This document shows positions 44,057-54,206 of a stretch of 64,000 nucleotides of DNA, in pieces. A program made the translations under genes and the position numbers. Location of the stretch: contig CAZCRK010000003.1 in NCBI GenBank assembly GCA_964501035.1, positions 1-64,000 of the forward strand, given 5' to 3'. The number at the start of each line of letters is the position of its first letter. Within the stretch, counting starts at the first letter, position 1. A model generated the notes under the pieces. It had not been told where the DNA came from and searched no databases. It saw only the letters and a list, made by a program, of their open reading frames with translations.

Positions 44057-45388
44057 TTAACCTTCTGCCTCAATAAATTCTAATCCTTCACGAATGATTT
44101 CAGAAACTTCCATTTTAGAAGTGTCAGCAAACGAACAAAGAGCAAAATCTTCTGAATCGCACTCATAAATACCTAAATTTTCCATTTCTTCAATATCTCT
44201 CGATAAAATTGCTTTCATTAGAAAAGTAGGTAAAACATCCATAGGAACCATTTGTTCAATATTACCAAATGGAATAATTGCTCTCTCACTACCATTTTTT
44301 AAAGTATTTAATGTGTATTCTTTCTTCTTAAATATTTTACTCAAGAATGTGTTCGTAATTGAATACTTACTTAATCCAGGACTCAACCAGCCTAGTAAAT
44401 ATCTATCATCTGGATCAGGTATTACTGATATAATTTCGTCAAAATATCCCATTGAATTTGCTGGATTTGAAATGACACCGCTTAAAATATCTCCTGAAAT
44501 TATTCGAGTATTTGTGTTTAACATTTGACTGATGATATTCGATATAGGAGTACCTCTCGTAATCTCAAAATACTGAGGATTTTGGACACCGTTTCCACCA
44601 ACAGAAATAACTTTTCTATTGTTTAACTTACCAGTAGAAAACAACTTACCAATATCAGCAACATCTTGAGGTGCAACGTACCAAACAATATCATCTTTAT
44701 TTTTAATCGGATCAATATGATGAATATGTACACCAACATTTCCTGACGGATGAGGTCCTATAAAATTGGACTTTATTACACCATTTAAATCTGCAAACTC
44801 ATTTGGATTACATATAAAATGAATTTCACCATCAGTCAATGTATTTAACACATCAATTCCAGTCTGTAAATTCTGCAAACGATCTTGCAATGCAAGAGAT
44901 TGATCAAGTGCAAATGGAGCTGTAGGTGATGCTGAAATAAAAATTGACTTAGGTTTTGTACTTGGTTTTGCAATTTTTGAAAAGGGTCTTTGTCGAATAT
45001 ATGTCCATGCTCCAGATTCTAACAATAAAGATTTTGAATATTCAGAATCTAAAACAGTATTTTCTTTAAATGATTTAAATTCAACATATGCTTCGTCATT
45101 TACTTCAATCTCTAATGAAACAATTGATCTTCGTTCACCAAAAGTAATTTTAGACAATGTTCCAGATACAGGAGATGTAAAAATAATCTCAGAATTATTT
45201 TTATCTAAGAATAGTGGTGTTCCAATAGATATTGAGTCACCTTCTTTTATTAATAATTTAGGTTTGATTCCATTTATAGCATTTGGTTGAATAAAAATGG
45301 ATGCAGGTATTTCTACGGTTGATATTGATTTGGCTGGTTTCCCAGCAATTTTAATATCATGTCCTTTTTTTAATTTATATGTAGCCAT
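44057..45388 (-). CDS. nqrA: Na+-NQR subunit A
   Basis: KKGHDIKIAGKP, SPVSG, GPHPSGNVG, EDFALCSF. Confidence 0.95.
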   Translation of the reverse strand: MATYKLKKGHDIKIAGKPAKSISTVEIPASIFIQPNAINGIKPKLLIKEGDSISIGTPLFLDKNNSEIIFTSPVSGTLSKITFGERRSIVSLEIEVNDEAYVEFKSFKENTVLDSEYSKSLLLESGAWTYIRQRPFSKIAKPSTKPKSIFISASPTAPFALDQSLALQDRLQNLQTGIDVLNTLTDGEIHFICNPNEFADLNGVIKSNFIGPHPSGNVGVHIHHIDPIKNKDDIVWYVAPQDVADIGKLFSTGKLNNRKVISVGGNGVQNPQYFEITRGTPISNIISQMLNTNTRIISGDILSGVISNPANSMGYFDEIISVIPDPDDRYLLGWLSPGLSKYSITNTFLSKIFKKKEYTLNTLKNGSERAIIPFGNIEQMVPMDVLPTFLMKAILSRDIEEMENLGIYECDSEDFALCSFADTSKMEVSEIIREGLEFIEAEG

Positions 45389-45392
45389 AGGC

Positions 45393-45860
45393 TTATTTTT
45401 TTAACCTCTTTTTACGATGCTTACTGCGCAACTCACCTTCTTTAAATCTTCTTTTTTCATCTTCACTTTCAGGAACAATTGAAGGAATTATCTTTGGTTT
45501 TTTATCATCCCCCAAGGATACAAATGTTAAATAGGCTGAGGCAGTATGATTAATCTCGCCACTGATGGGACATTCAGATTCAATTCTAACACCTATCTCT
45601 AATGATGTGCGACCTGTGTAATTTACAGAAGATTTTAAAATCATAATATCTCCTTTTTTTGCAGGTGCCAAAAAATCTAACCTATCAACTGAAGCTGTTA
45701 CCACAGGTGTACGCGTGTGTTTGTAAGCTGACATTGCAGCACAAACATCCATTAAATGCATTACTCGACCACCTAAAACATTTCCTAGTATATTGGTATC
45801 ATTTGGCAGCACTAATTCATGCATTATAACTTGACTATTTTTTACGGTTTTACTTCCCAC
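45393..45860 (-). CDS. Hotdog-fold acyl-CoA thioesterase (YciA-like)
   Basis: LPNDTNILGNVLGG, VTASVD, GRTSLEIG, AYLTFV. Confidence 0.92.
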   Translation of the reverse strand: MGSKTVKNSQVIMHELVLPNDTNILGNVLGGRVMHLMDVCAAMSAYKHTRTPVVTASVDRLDFLAPAKKGDIMILKSSVNYTGRTSLEIGVRIESECPISGEINHTASAYLTFVSLGDDKKPKIIPSIVPESEDEKRRFKEGELRSKHRKKRLKK

Positions 45861-45861
45861 C

Positions 45862-47319
45862 TTATTTCCAGAGTATTAAAGTATTTTGTATAAACTCATA
45901 CAATGGCGACCAATAGAAGTAAAATGCAATACTTTGGATAGCAAAAATAATAATTAACCATTTTAGAACTGGATTAGCCTTGAGTTTAGAAGTTGAATTA
46001 CTATTTTCAAAGTACATACTTTTCACAACTCTAAAATAATAGTATAGCGCAACTACACTATTTAAAATTCCAACAACTGCAAGCCAATAATATTTGCTTT
46101 CTGAAAATAAAGCAGAGAATAAATACACTTTTCCAATAAATCCGGATGTTGGTGGTAATCCTGCTAAAGAAACAAGGACCAATACCATAAAAGCACCAAG
46201 AACTGGGTTTCTCTTTCCTAAACCATTCCATGAATCTACTTCTACAGAATCTAATTTATTGGAGGCAAATATTGTAAAGAAAAACGCACCTAAATTCATA
46301 AAGGCATACATAACTAAATAAAATACAATTCCTACCATAGCATCTTTTGAAAGTACTGAGAATGCCATTAACATAAAACCAACATGTGAAATACTTGAAT
46401 ATGCTAACATGCGCTTAACATTACTTTGTTGTAGAGCCAGTAAATTACCTATTGTCATTGTTAAAGCAGAAAGTACTGCAATTAATAATGGCCAATCAAA
46501 CCCAACAATTGGAACAGAACCTAGAACACCATCTACTGTAAACAATGTTATAAAAACACGAATAAATAAAGCAAATCCAGCAACCTTAGGAGCTACTGAT
46601 AAAAATGCAGTAATTGTGGTTGGTGACCCTTCATACACATCTGGTGTCCAATAATGAAACGGAACCATGGATATTTTGTATCCAAAACCTACTATAATCA
46701 TGATAAATGAAATATATAGTGTTGTAGGGTTCGAACAGCTTAAAAGAGCAGAATGAACAACTGATATATCTGTAGAACCTGATAATCCATATAGCCAACT
46801 AATTCCAAACAACATAACGCCAGAAGCGAATGACCCAAAAATGACATATTTTAATGCAGATTCATTTGACTTTGCATCATTTTTCAGAATACCTGCTAAA
46901 ATATATGATGGAATACTTACAAGTTCAATAGCAAGATAAATCATGAGCAAGTTTGTCGAAGAAGTCATTAAGAATAATCCTAGGGTAACAGCAATAAGAA
47001 GCACTAAGTATTCAGATTGATTCGAATCTTCAAGTTCATTACTATAATTTGAAATTAAAATAATAGCAAATGATGTGAGTAAAACTATCCATTTGAACAT
47101 ATGAGAAAATGGATCCACAACAATCATATCAAAGAATATGGAAGTAATACTGCCCATTGAAACAAAGAGAGTATACCCAACCACTAGTAAGCCTATCAAT
47201 GATATGGATCGTATCCATTTTTTGCAATTTGGAATTATATCCAACAAAATAACTACTAACATTGTAGTTAATAAAATCAACTCAGGAATAAAGAACGGAA
47301 GACTTAGTAGATTATTCAC
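45862..47319 (-). CDS. nuoN: Complex I subunit N
   Basis: ESALKY, KISMVPFHYWTPDVYEG, KRMLAYSSISH. Confidence 0.96.
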   Translation of the reverse strand: MNNLLSLPFFIPELILLTTMLVVILLDIIPNCKKWIRSISLIGLLVVGYTLFVSMGSITSIFFDMIVVDPFSHMFKWIVLLTSFAIILISNYSNELEDSNQSEYLVLLIAVTLGLFLMTSSTNLLMIYLAIELVSIPSYILAGILKNDAKSNESALKYVIFGSFASGVMLFGISWLYGLSGSTDISVVHSALLSCSNPTTLYISFIMIIVGFGYKISMVPFHYWTPDVYEGSPTTITAFLSVAPKVAGFALFIRVFITLFTVDGVLGSVPIVGFDWPLLIAVLSALTMTIGNLLALQQSNVKRMLAYSSISHVGFMLMAFSVLSKDAMVGIVFYLVMYAFMNLGAFFFTIFASNKLDSVEVDSWNGLGKRNPVLGAFMVLVLVSLAGLPPTSGFIGKVYLFSALFSESKYYWLAVVGILNSVVALYYYFRVVKSMYFENSNSTSKLKANPVLKWLIIIFAIQSIAFYFYWSPLYEFIQNTLILWK

Positions 47320-47328
47320 AATAAAACC

Positions 47329-48906
47329 TTAAAATACACCATGTATCGTTTGAATTATTGCATCCATTGCAGGGCTAATTAAATCAATCAAAGGGGCTGG
47401 ATAAACTCCTAAGAATAAAACAATTATTACTAGAGGAACAATTGCAAACAATTCTCGCCTGTTTATATCGGAATATTCTGAATACTTAGGATTGAGTTTT
47501 CCCAAAAACACTCGTTGATATGCCCGTAGGAAGTAAATTGCATTTAGCAAAATACCTAACGTTCCAATAATTGTAATAGTTCTAAATGCACTAAATCCAC
47601 CAATAAAACATAACGCTTCACTTACAAAACCTGATAAAGCTGGTAATCCCAGTCCAGCAAAAAATGCTAAAGCAACTAATGCAGTAAACCGTGGCATTTG
47701 TGCACCTAACCCACCAAATCCAGGCTGTCCCCTCAATTCTTCAACTTCATAATCATCTGGATACACGATCCATCTATGATGTGCCTTGTCGTAAATAACT
47801 CCAACCAACATAAACAACATGGCTGTGATTGTTCCGTGATTAAACATTTGCATTACTGCACCATTCATTCCCGCTTGTGCACCTGCTTCATTTACACTAA
47901 CTACAGCTGCCATCCCGAGTAATACATAACCCATATGGCTCACAGAAGAATATGCGACCATTTTCTTTAAATCAATCTGAGCAATTGCGTTAACAGCTCC
48001 CCAAATAATATTTATTACACCCAATACTGCCAATATTAATGAAAAGTTTATTACTTCACCCGGTAACAAGGGATAACTAATTCGCAATAGACCGTATGTA
48101 CCCATTTTTAACAATACACCAGCTAAAATGACTGATACTGCTGTAGGAGCTTCTACGTGTGCAAGAGGTAACCAAGTATGAAATGGGAAAATTGGAACTT
48201 TAATTGCAAACCCTATAAATAATGCAATCCAAATAACATATTTCATGCTAAAACCCCATAAAACAGCATCAATGTTACGTGCTTCAGAAATTAGCGTAAT
48301 TAAATTGAAAGTATGTGGTTCAGTATAAAAATATAGAGCCAACATCCCAAGTAACATGAAAACTGATCCAAAGAGAGTATAAAGGAAAAATTTGATAGCA
48401 GCATAATGTCGTTTAGGTCCACCCCACATACCAATTAAAAAGTACATTGGTAGCAGCATGACTTCCCAAAAAATATAAAACAAAAAGAAATCCAATGAGA
48501 TAAATACACCCATCATTCCTGCATCAAGAAGTAAAAATAAAGCAAAATAACCCAATTGATGTTTTTCAATCTTCCAACTTATGATTATTGATAAGAATGA
48601 TAAGAAAGCAGTTAAAAGAACCATAGGCATACTCAAACCATCAACACCAATAAAATATTGAATATTAAAATGCTTAATCCAGTCAATTTGAACTGTAAAT
48701 GGAGAATCCATTACCGCCAAGGCTGGATTAAAATGTAAATACAACCAAATAGCTAGAATAAATTGCAAGGTTGTAGTAACTAGGGCTACCCATTTATATA
48801 TTGGAGCACCATTTTTACCTTTTAACCATGCAATAGGTAGCATAATAATTGCTCCTAGTACTGGTAAAAATATTAACAAAGTGAGTATAAGTGAGTTCAT
48901 ATCCAT
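47329..48906 (-). CDS. nuoM: Complex I subunit M
   Basis: FWEVMLLPMYFLI, PFHTWLPLAHVEAP, LLKMGTYG, YSSVSHMG. Confidence 0.96.
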   Translation of the reverse strand: MDMNSLILTLLIFLPVLGAIIMLPIAWLKGKNGAPIYKWVALVTTTLQFILAIWLYLHFNPALAVMDSPFTVQIDWIKHFNIQYFIGVDGLSMPMVLLTAFLSFLSIIISWKIEKHQLGYFALFLLLDAGMMGVFISLDFFLFYIFWEVMLLPMYFLIGMWGGPKRHYAAIKFFLYTLFGSVFMLLGMLALYFYTEPHTFNLITLISEARNIDAVLWGFSMKYVIWIALFIGFAIKVPIFPFHTWLPLAHVEAPTAVSVILAGVLLKMGTYGLLRISYPLLPGEVINFSLILAVLGVINIIWGAVNAIAQIDLKKMVAYSSVSHMGYVLLGMAAVVSVNEAGAQAGMNGAVMQMFNHGTITAMLFMLVGVIYDKAHHRWIVYPDDYEVEELRGQPGFGGLGAQMPRFTALVALAFFAGLGLPALSGFVSEALCFIGGFSAFRTITIIGTLGILLNAIYFLRAYQRVFLGKLNPKYSEYSDINRRELFAIVPLVIIVLFLGVYPAPLIDLISPAMDAIIQTIHGVF

Positions 48907-48909
48907 CCC

Positions 48910-50961
48910 TTATATTTGATGAATTATTAATAAAATAAATAAAATTCCAATAACACCACCAATAAGGTAGTTTTGAATCACACCAGATTGTGTGCTTTTT
49001 AACTTTGTACTAAAAAAGGTTGCAATTCGCCCAAAGCCATCCACGACATATTGGTCAAGCCAGTTATAGTCAGCTTTTCCAGATTGATGCGAAAACTTTA
49101 ACGTAATCCAACCCCAAGCATCAATAAATTTTTGGTCATATAAATCCCAATCAATATGTGAAACCAACTTAGATAATTTTAGAAATGGAACATATAACAC
49201 AGCATTATATATTTCATCGATGTAAAACTTGTTAAAAGAGAGATTATAAAGTTTAAAAGTATTTAATTTATTTGCCACATTTTCAGGATTGATTTTTCTA
49301 AAATAATAAAATAAAGCTGACAATAGTATTCCAAGAAATGCTACGATTAATGATATAATCATTGCTGAGCTGTGGGCATGGTGAATTCCTTCTTCAACCT
49401 GATGTAAATCTAAGCCAGCAACATGATCAGCAGCAGATACAGAATCCGTAAACCAACCATGACTATTTAGAGGATTTATATGTGGTATTGTAAAAATAAA
49501 AGCAAAACTCAAAGCAGCTAAAATAACTAGTGGTGCTGTCATGGCAACTGGAGATTCTTTTATATGGGTAAATATTTTAGGAAACTTAGGATTTCCATAG
49601 AATGTCATAAAAATTAACCTAAACATATAGAAAGCTGTAATGATAGCTGCACCGAATCCAAAAATAGGTAGAATAATTGTCCAACCATGATGTGCATGGT
49701 AGTATGCAATTGTCCCAGCCAGAACGGCATCTTTAGATAGAAAACCTGAAAATAGTGGAATACCTGAAATTGCTAAAGTAGCAATTAACATAGTAACAAA
49801 TGTAATTGGCATTTTAGATTTCAAACCACCCATATTATTCATATCTTGTGGGTCAGTATGATGGTCCTTTTCTTTATGCAGGGCATGGTGCATAGCGTGT
49901 ATAACAGAGCCACTGGCTAAAAATAAACACGCTTTAAACATGGCATGCGTTGTTAGATGAAAAAATCCTGCCTGAAATGCTCCAACACCCAATGCCATTA
50001 TCATATAACCAAGCTGACTCACAGTAGAATAGGCCAGAACTCGTTTTATATCATTTTGTGTAATTGCTATAATCGAAGCCATTATTGCTGTTATTCCACC
50101 AATGACAGCTACAAATTCTAAGGCTGATGGAGTTAAAAATGGAAAAATTCTAACCGTCATATACACTCCAGCTGCTACCATTGTCGCTGCATGAATTAAA
50201 GCACTAACTGGTGTTGGACCTTCCATAGCATCTGGTAACCAAATATGTAATGGAAATTGTGCTGATTTGCCAATGGCACCCATAAACACCAAAATTCCTG
50301 CAACTGTTAGTAATGTCATATCTAAATTCGAAGCATGAATAATAGATTCGGTGATACCATTAATATTAAAAGTACCTAACATGAAAAATAAAATCATGAT
50401 ACCAATAAACATTCCAATATCACCAACACGATTAGTTAAAAAAGCTTTTTTACTCGCATCAGCAGCACTATTTTTTTCAAACCAAAATCCAATTAATAAA
50501 TATGAACTAAGACCAACCAATTCCCAAAAAATATACATCATTATTAAACTATCAGCAAGAACGATTCCATTCATTGAAAATGTAAAAATTCCCAAGTAAG
50601 CAAAATATCGGCTGTATCTAGGGTCACCTTTCATATATTCTGTAGAATATAAATGAACTAAGAATGAAATCAATGCAACAACTAGCAACATGACTGCAGA
50701 AATGTTATCAATCAAGATACCTAATTCAACTGTCAAACTTCCAGTAGAGAACCAAACCTTACTAGTTTCTAGAATAGGACCACCTAATGAGAAAAAGATA
50801 TTTGCAAAAAAGCTTATTGCAATACCTAGCATTGAACTTATTAAAATTAATGAAACATAATGAGATTTTCTACCTAGTTTTTTGCCAAAGAAAATTAAAA
50901 CACAAAATGAAGTGAGAGGTAAAATTAATAATAACAATGCTAATACCAATGATGAATCCAT
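48910..50961 (-). CDS. nuoL: Complex I subunit L
   Basis: WELVGLSSYLLIGFW, KSAQFPLHIWLPDAMEGPTPVSALIHAATMV. Confidence 0.97.
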   Translation of the reverse strand: MDSSLVLALLLLILPLTSFCVLIFFGKKLGRKSHYVSLILISSMLGIAISFFANIFFSLGGPILETSKVWFSTGSLTVELGILIDNISAVMLLVVALISFLVHLYSTEYMKGDPRYSRYFAYLGIFTFSMNGIVLADSLIMMYIFWELVGLSSYLLIGFWFEKNSAADASKKAFLTNRVGDIGMFIGIMILFFMLGTFNINGITESIIHASNLDMTLLTVAGILVFMGAIGKSAQFPLHIWLPDAMEGPTPVSALIHAATMVAAGVYMTVRIFPFLTPSALEFVAVIGGITAIMASIIAITQNDIKRVLAYSTVSQLGYMIMALGVGAFQAGFFHLTTHAMFKACLFLASGSVIHAMHHALHKEKDHHTDPQDMNNMGGLKSKMPITFVTMLIATLAISGIPLFSGFLSKDAVLAGTIAYYHAHHGWTIILPIFGFGAAIITAFYMFRLIFMTFYGNPKFPKIFTHIKESPVAMTAPLVILAALSFAFIFTIPHINPLNSHGWFTDSVSAADHVAGLDLHQVEEGIHHAHSSAMIISLIVAFLGILLSALFYYFRKINPENVANKLNTFKLYNLSFNKFYIDEIYNAVLYVPFLKLSKLVSHIDWDLYDQKFIDAWGWITLKFSHQSGKADYNWLDQYVVDGFGRIATFFSTKLKSTQSGVIQNYLIGGVIGILFILLIIHQI

Positions 50962-50963
50962 AA

Positions 50964-51275
50964 CTAACCTTTCATCCTATTGGCTTTATCCACTTCAACA
51001 CTACCAACATGTTTAAACAAGTTTATTACTATAGCAAGTGCGACAGCAGCTTCAGCTGCAGCCAGGACAATTACAAATATGGTAAACACATGTCCATCTA
51101 ATGAAACAATACCATTAAACCTATTAAATGCAATGAAATTTAAATTTGCAGAGTTTAAGATAAGCTCTATCCCCATTAAAATTGCGATTGCATTTTTTCT
51201 TGTCATAATTCCATAAAGTCCTATGGAAAACAAAATACTAGAAATAATTAAATATGATTGTAAAGAATCAATCAT
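50964..51275 (-). CDS. nuoK: Complex I subunit K
   Basis: MGIELILNSANLN, AAAEAAVALA. Confidence 0.96.
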   Translation of the reverse strand: MIDSLQSYLIISSILFSIGLYGIMTRKNAIAILMGIELILNSANLNFIAFNRFNGIVSLDGHVFTIFVIVLAAAEAAVALAIVINLFKHVGSVEVDKANRMKG

Positions 51276-51757
51276 TTTTTCCTCGATAATAATGCAGCAC
51301 CTATCAGTGCAGATAAGAGTAATACTGATACAATTTCAAAAGGTAATAAATACTTATTTAATAACATAATCCCAATCGTTCTGACCGTTTCATTCGGTTC
51401 TATCTTGTTTCCTTCAAGCCAATTAGTATTTAGTATTACAAACAATTGTACTACAAAAAACAAACCTACAACGATGAATGACAAAATTTTATTATTACTT
51501 TGTGAAGAAATTTCTGGTCCTTCAATGCGATTTGTTAACATCACTCCAAAAATAATTAAAACCAATATACCACCCACATAGATCATAACTTGAGTACCCG
51601 CAATAAAGTCTGCAAACAAGAACACATATAAACCTGCAATTCCAAACAAGGTAAACAACAATGCTACAGCAGAATGTACAAGATTAGATGAAGTAACCAC
51701 CCAAATTGCAGACATAACCACCAAAGACATTATTGTTAGTAAAATAATATCTGTCAT
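51272..51757 (-). CDS. nuoJ: Complex I subunit J (start 51757 or 51763)
   Basis: QVMIYVGGILVLIIFGVML, YLLPFE. Confidence 0.94.
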   Translation of the reverse strand: MTDIILLTIMSLVVMSAIWVVTSSNLVHSAVALLFTLFGIAGLYVFLFADFIAGTQVMIYVGGILVLIIFGVMLTNRIEGPEISSQSNNKILSFIVVGLFFVVQLFVILNTNWLEGNKIEPNETVRTIGIMLLNKYLLPFEIVSVLLLSALIGAALLSRKK

Positions 51758-53106
51758 TTGCATTCACTTTCTATAGATTTGAGCAATTCCTCAGTATTGC
51801 TGTCCAGATTACTTGATTTTTCCAAAGTTGTTCGAATATTTGTTAATATTTCTTTTGAAGTGAGTCCTGATTTTTTTCCAGAAATATAGGTTTTCTTAGC
51901 AGTTCCTCGAACCATTTTATCTTCAATTTCATTCAATTTTTTTATATCAAATAATGGTTCGACTACATTAGAATTTTCTTTAGTTATTGAAGATGCAATA
52001 CTAGCATTTAATTTTTCAAGTAAACTAGACACTTCTTCAGTTAACATATCTGATTCTAACAGGGTATTTTGAACATGTTCTAAAATTTTTGGGATTTCAG
52101 AATGAAGTTTTTTACCAGCTAAAAATGCTTTTTTAGATAACCCACGAACCATTTTGTCACTTAAGTCATTAAAAGACTTAACAGTCACTTCATCTACATT
52201 GACTTTAGGAGTTTTATCTACAGATGCGATTGGTTCAATATTCATTTCTTTTATTTGATTAATAATATTTTCTAAATCATCTGTGTATTTTTCGGCATCA
52301 ACTAATGCTACCCTTACTGCATCTGCAGTTTCTTTTGCATTTAATTTTGACTTAAACGAGGCAATAAATGCTTTTTTAGCTATAGACCGCACAACTCTAT
52401 CTTCGATTAGATTAATCACAGAAAAGTCCGGTTTCGATATATTTTGAAGGGGATCAATTTTAGCTTTTTTAACAATCTTTTTCTCAGGTTCTGGATAATT
52501 ATCGATAGGCAGTCCTGCTTTGCGTTGCTCATCTATCCAGTTTCGTTTTGCTAAATATGCTTCACCACCTGCTTTTTTAATTTCTTCATCTGAAATAGTT
52601 GTGAAATCAGTAATTAACTCATTTCTATTATATTTTGTATATTCATAATCAATATCTTTTTTATGCTGATTAGGTCCACCAACCATATAAATACAATCTT
52701 CAGGACAAGGAAATGTGCATAGGTTACAGTACATACATTCAGACATGTCAATAGAATGACGAACAACTAACATTTTCTTTTTTGTGTCATTAGAGGTGAT
52801 TCCGCAATCATAATCACTACCTTTAGGTGGCTTTACCGTTTCAATTTTGATACAATCAACTGGACATGCTCTCTCGCATTTCAAACAACCAATACAATCA
52901 TCAATATCTACATGTAATTTTGTGCGAATTGAATTGTAATCAGAGAATTCAAACCCTATTTTACGTTCTGGAAGTGGCCATTTCTCATTTGGATATTGCA
53001 ATGTAGCGACTAAATCTTTTTTATTATTAAAATGTTGCATAGTGAGCTTTAATCCAGTAGCAAAGGATTTTAAACTTGAAATAATATTGTTAAAATATTC
53101 AGTCAT
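51754..53106 (-). CDS. nuoI: Complex I subunit I (2x[4Fe-4S]) with a long C-terminal extension of three ~60-aa repeats
   Basis: TLQYP, CIGCLKCERACP, CMYCNLCTFPCP; 450 aa, far longer than a typical NuoI; ATGA overlap with nuoH. Confidence 0.92.
   Translation of the reverse strand: MTEYFNNIISSLKSFATGLKLTMQHFNNKKDLVATLQYPNEKWPLPERKIGFEFSDYNSIRTKLHVDIDDCIGCLKCERACPVDCIKIETVKPPKGSDYDCGITSNDTKKKMLVVRHSIDMSECMYCNLCTFPCPEDCIYMVGGPNQHKKDIDYEYTKYNRNELITDFTTISDEEIKKAGGEAYLAKRNWIDEQRKAGLPIDNYPEPEKKIVKKAKIDPLQNISKPDFSVINLIEDRVVRSIAKKAFIASFKSKLNAKETADAVRVALVDAEKYTDDLENIINQIKEMNIEPIASVDKTPKVNVDEVTVKSFNDLSDKMVRGLSKKAFLAGKKLHSEIPKILEHVQNTLLESDMLTEEVSSLLEKLNASIASSITKENSNVVEPLFDIKKLNEIEDKMVRGTAKKTYISGKKSGLTSKEILTNIRTTLEKSSNLDSNTEELLKSIESECK
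51769..52428 (-). repeat. Three diverged protein-level repeats in the NuoI tail (about 52249-52428, 52006-52185, 51769-51948)
   Basis: NLIEDRVVRSIAKKAF / NDLSDKMVRGLSKKAF / NEIEDKMVRGTAKKTY, spaced 81 and 79 codons. Confidence 0.88.
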
Positions 53107-54206
53107 TGAATCACAAGCTCCCAAATACTAACAAAAAAGAGATTCGCTAATGCAAATGGGATGAGCACTTTCCAACATAAATACATTAACTGATCAACAC
53201 GTAAACGTGGAAATGTCCAACGAAACCACATCATGATAAAAATTAATATAATAACTTTAAACAACAACCAGAATACACCCCAAGCAACGCCATCAAATAG
53301 CAACCAAGATTCAGGAATACCAGATATTAATGTAAACGGTGATAACCACCCACCAAGAAACACAACAGCAGTTATAATGCTGACTATGAGCATGTTTGCA
53401 TATTCACTTAAGAAAAATAAGGCCCAGCGAAATCCTGAGTATTCAGTCATCCACCCTGCAACTAATTCTGATTCAGATTCTGGAATATCAAATGGAGTTC
53501 TATTGGTCTCAGCTACAACAGAAATGAAATAAATAAAAAATGCAACAAATGCAAATGGACTATGCAAAATAAACCATCTATGACTTGCTTGCCAAGCAAC
53601 GATATCATCGATTTGCAAACTACCAACTACTAACACAGCTAATAATAACGTGATTCCGATTGGTATTTCATAACTAACAATTTGAGCAGCTGCACGCATT
53701 GCACCATATAATGACCATTTATTATTAGAACCCCAACCTGCTAAGATGATGCCAATGACACCAACAGAGCTCATAGCAAGGACATAAAATATTCCAATAT
53801 TAAATTTTGATACTATCAAATTTTCTGAAAACGGAACGCCAATAAAGGTTAAAAATGCACCAATAAAAATGATAAATGGAGCTAACACCATGATTTTTTT
53901 ATCAGCATCTTTTGGGATAATATCTTCTTTTGCAAGTAGCTTAACAGCATCGGCAATCGTTTGGCCTATACCACCCCAAAACTTTTTACCACCCTTAAAA
54001 CCAAAAATTCCAACTTCCATCGGGCCGAGCCTATCCTGCATAAATGCAGAGACTTTTCTCTCAAAGTAAACAGCAATTAATGCATTTACTGCCATAATAA
54101 GAAATACTAGAACTCCTGGAATTAAAAATACTGCAATAAACAACAATGAAAAATTCATATCTAATGAAGAGAGACTTTCAAGTAATGAATCAACAACTGG
54201 CATCAT
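53103..54206 (-). CDS. nuoH: Complex I subunit H
   Basis: ERKVSAFMQDRLGP, ADAVKLLAKE, AETNRTPFDIPESESELVAG, PRLRVDQL. Confidence 0.97.
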   Translation of the reverse strand: MMPVVDSLLESLSSLDMNFSLLFIAVFLIPGVLVFLIMAVNALIAVYFERKVSAFMQDRLGPMEVGIFGFKGGKKFWGGIGQTIADAVKLLAKEDIIPKDADKKIMVLAPFIIFIGAFLTFIGVPFSENLIVSKFNIGIFYVLAMSSVGVIGIILAGWGSNNKWSLYGAMRAAAQIVSYEIPIGITLLLAVLVVGSLQIDDIVAWQASHRWFILHSPFAFVAFFIYFISVVAETNRTPFDIPESESELVAGWMTEYSGFRWALFFLSEYANMLIVSIITAVVFLGGWLSPFTLISGIPESWLLFDGVAWGVFWLLFKVIILIFIMMWFRWTFPRLRVDQLMYLCWKVLIPFALANLFFVSIWELVIQ

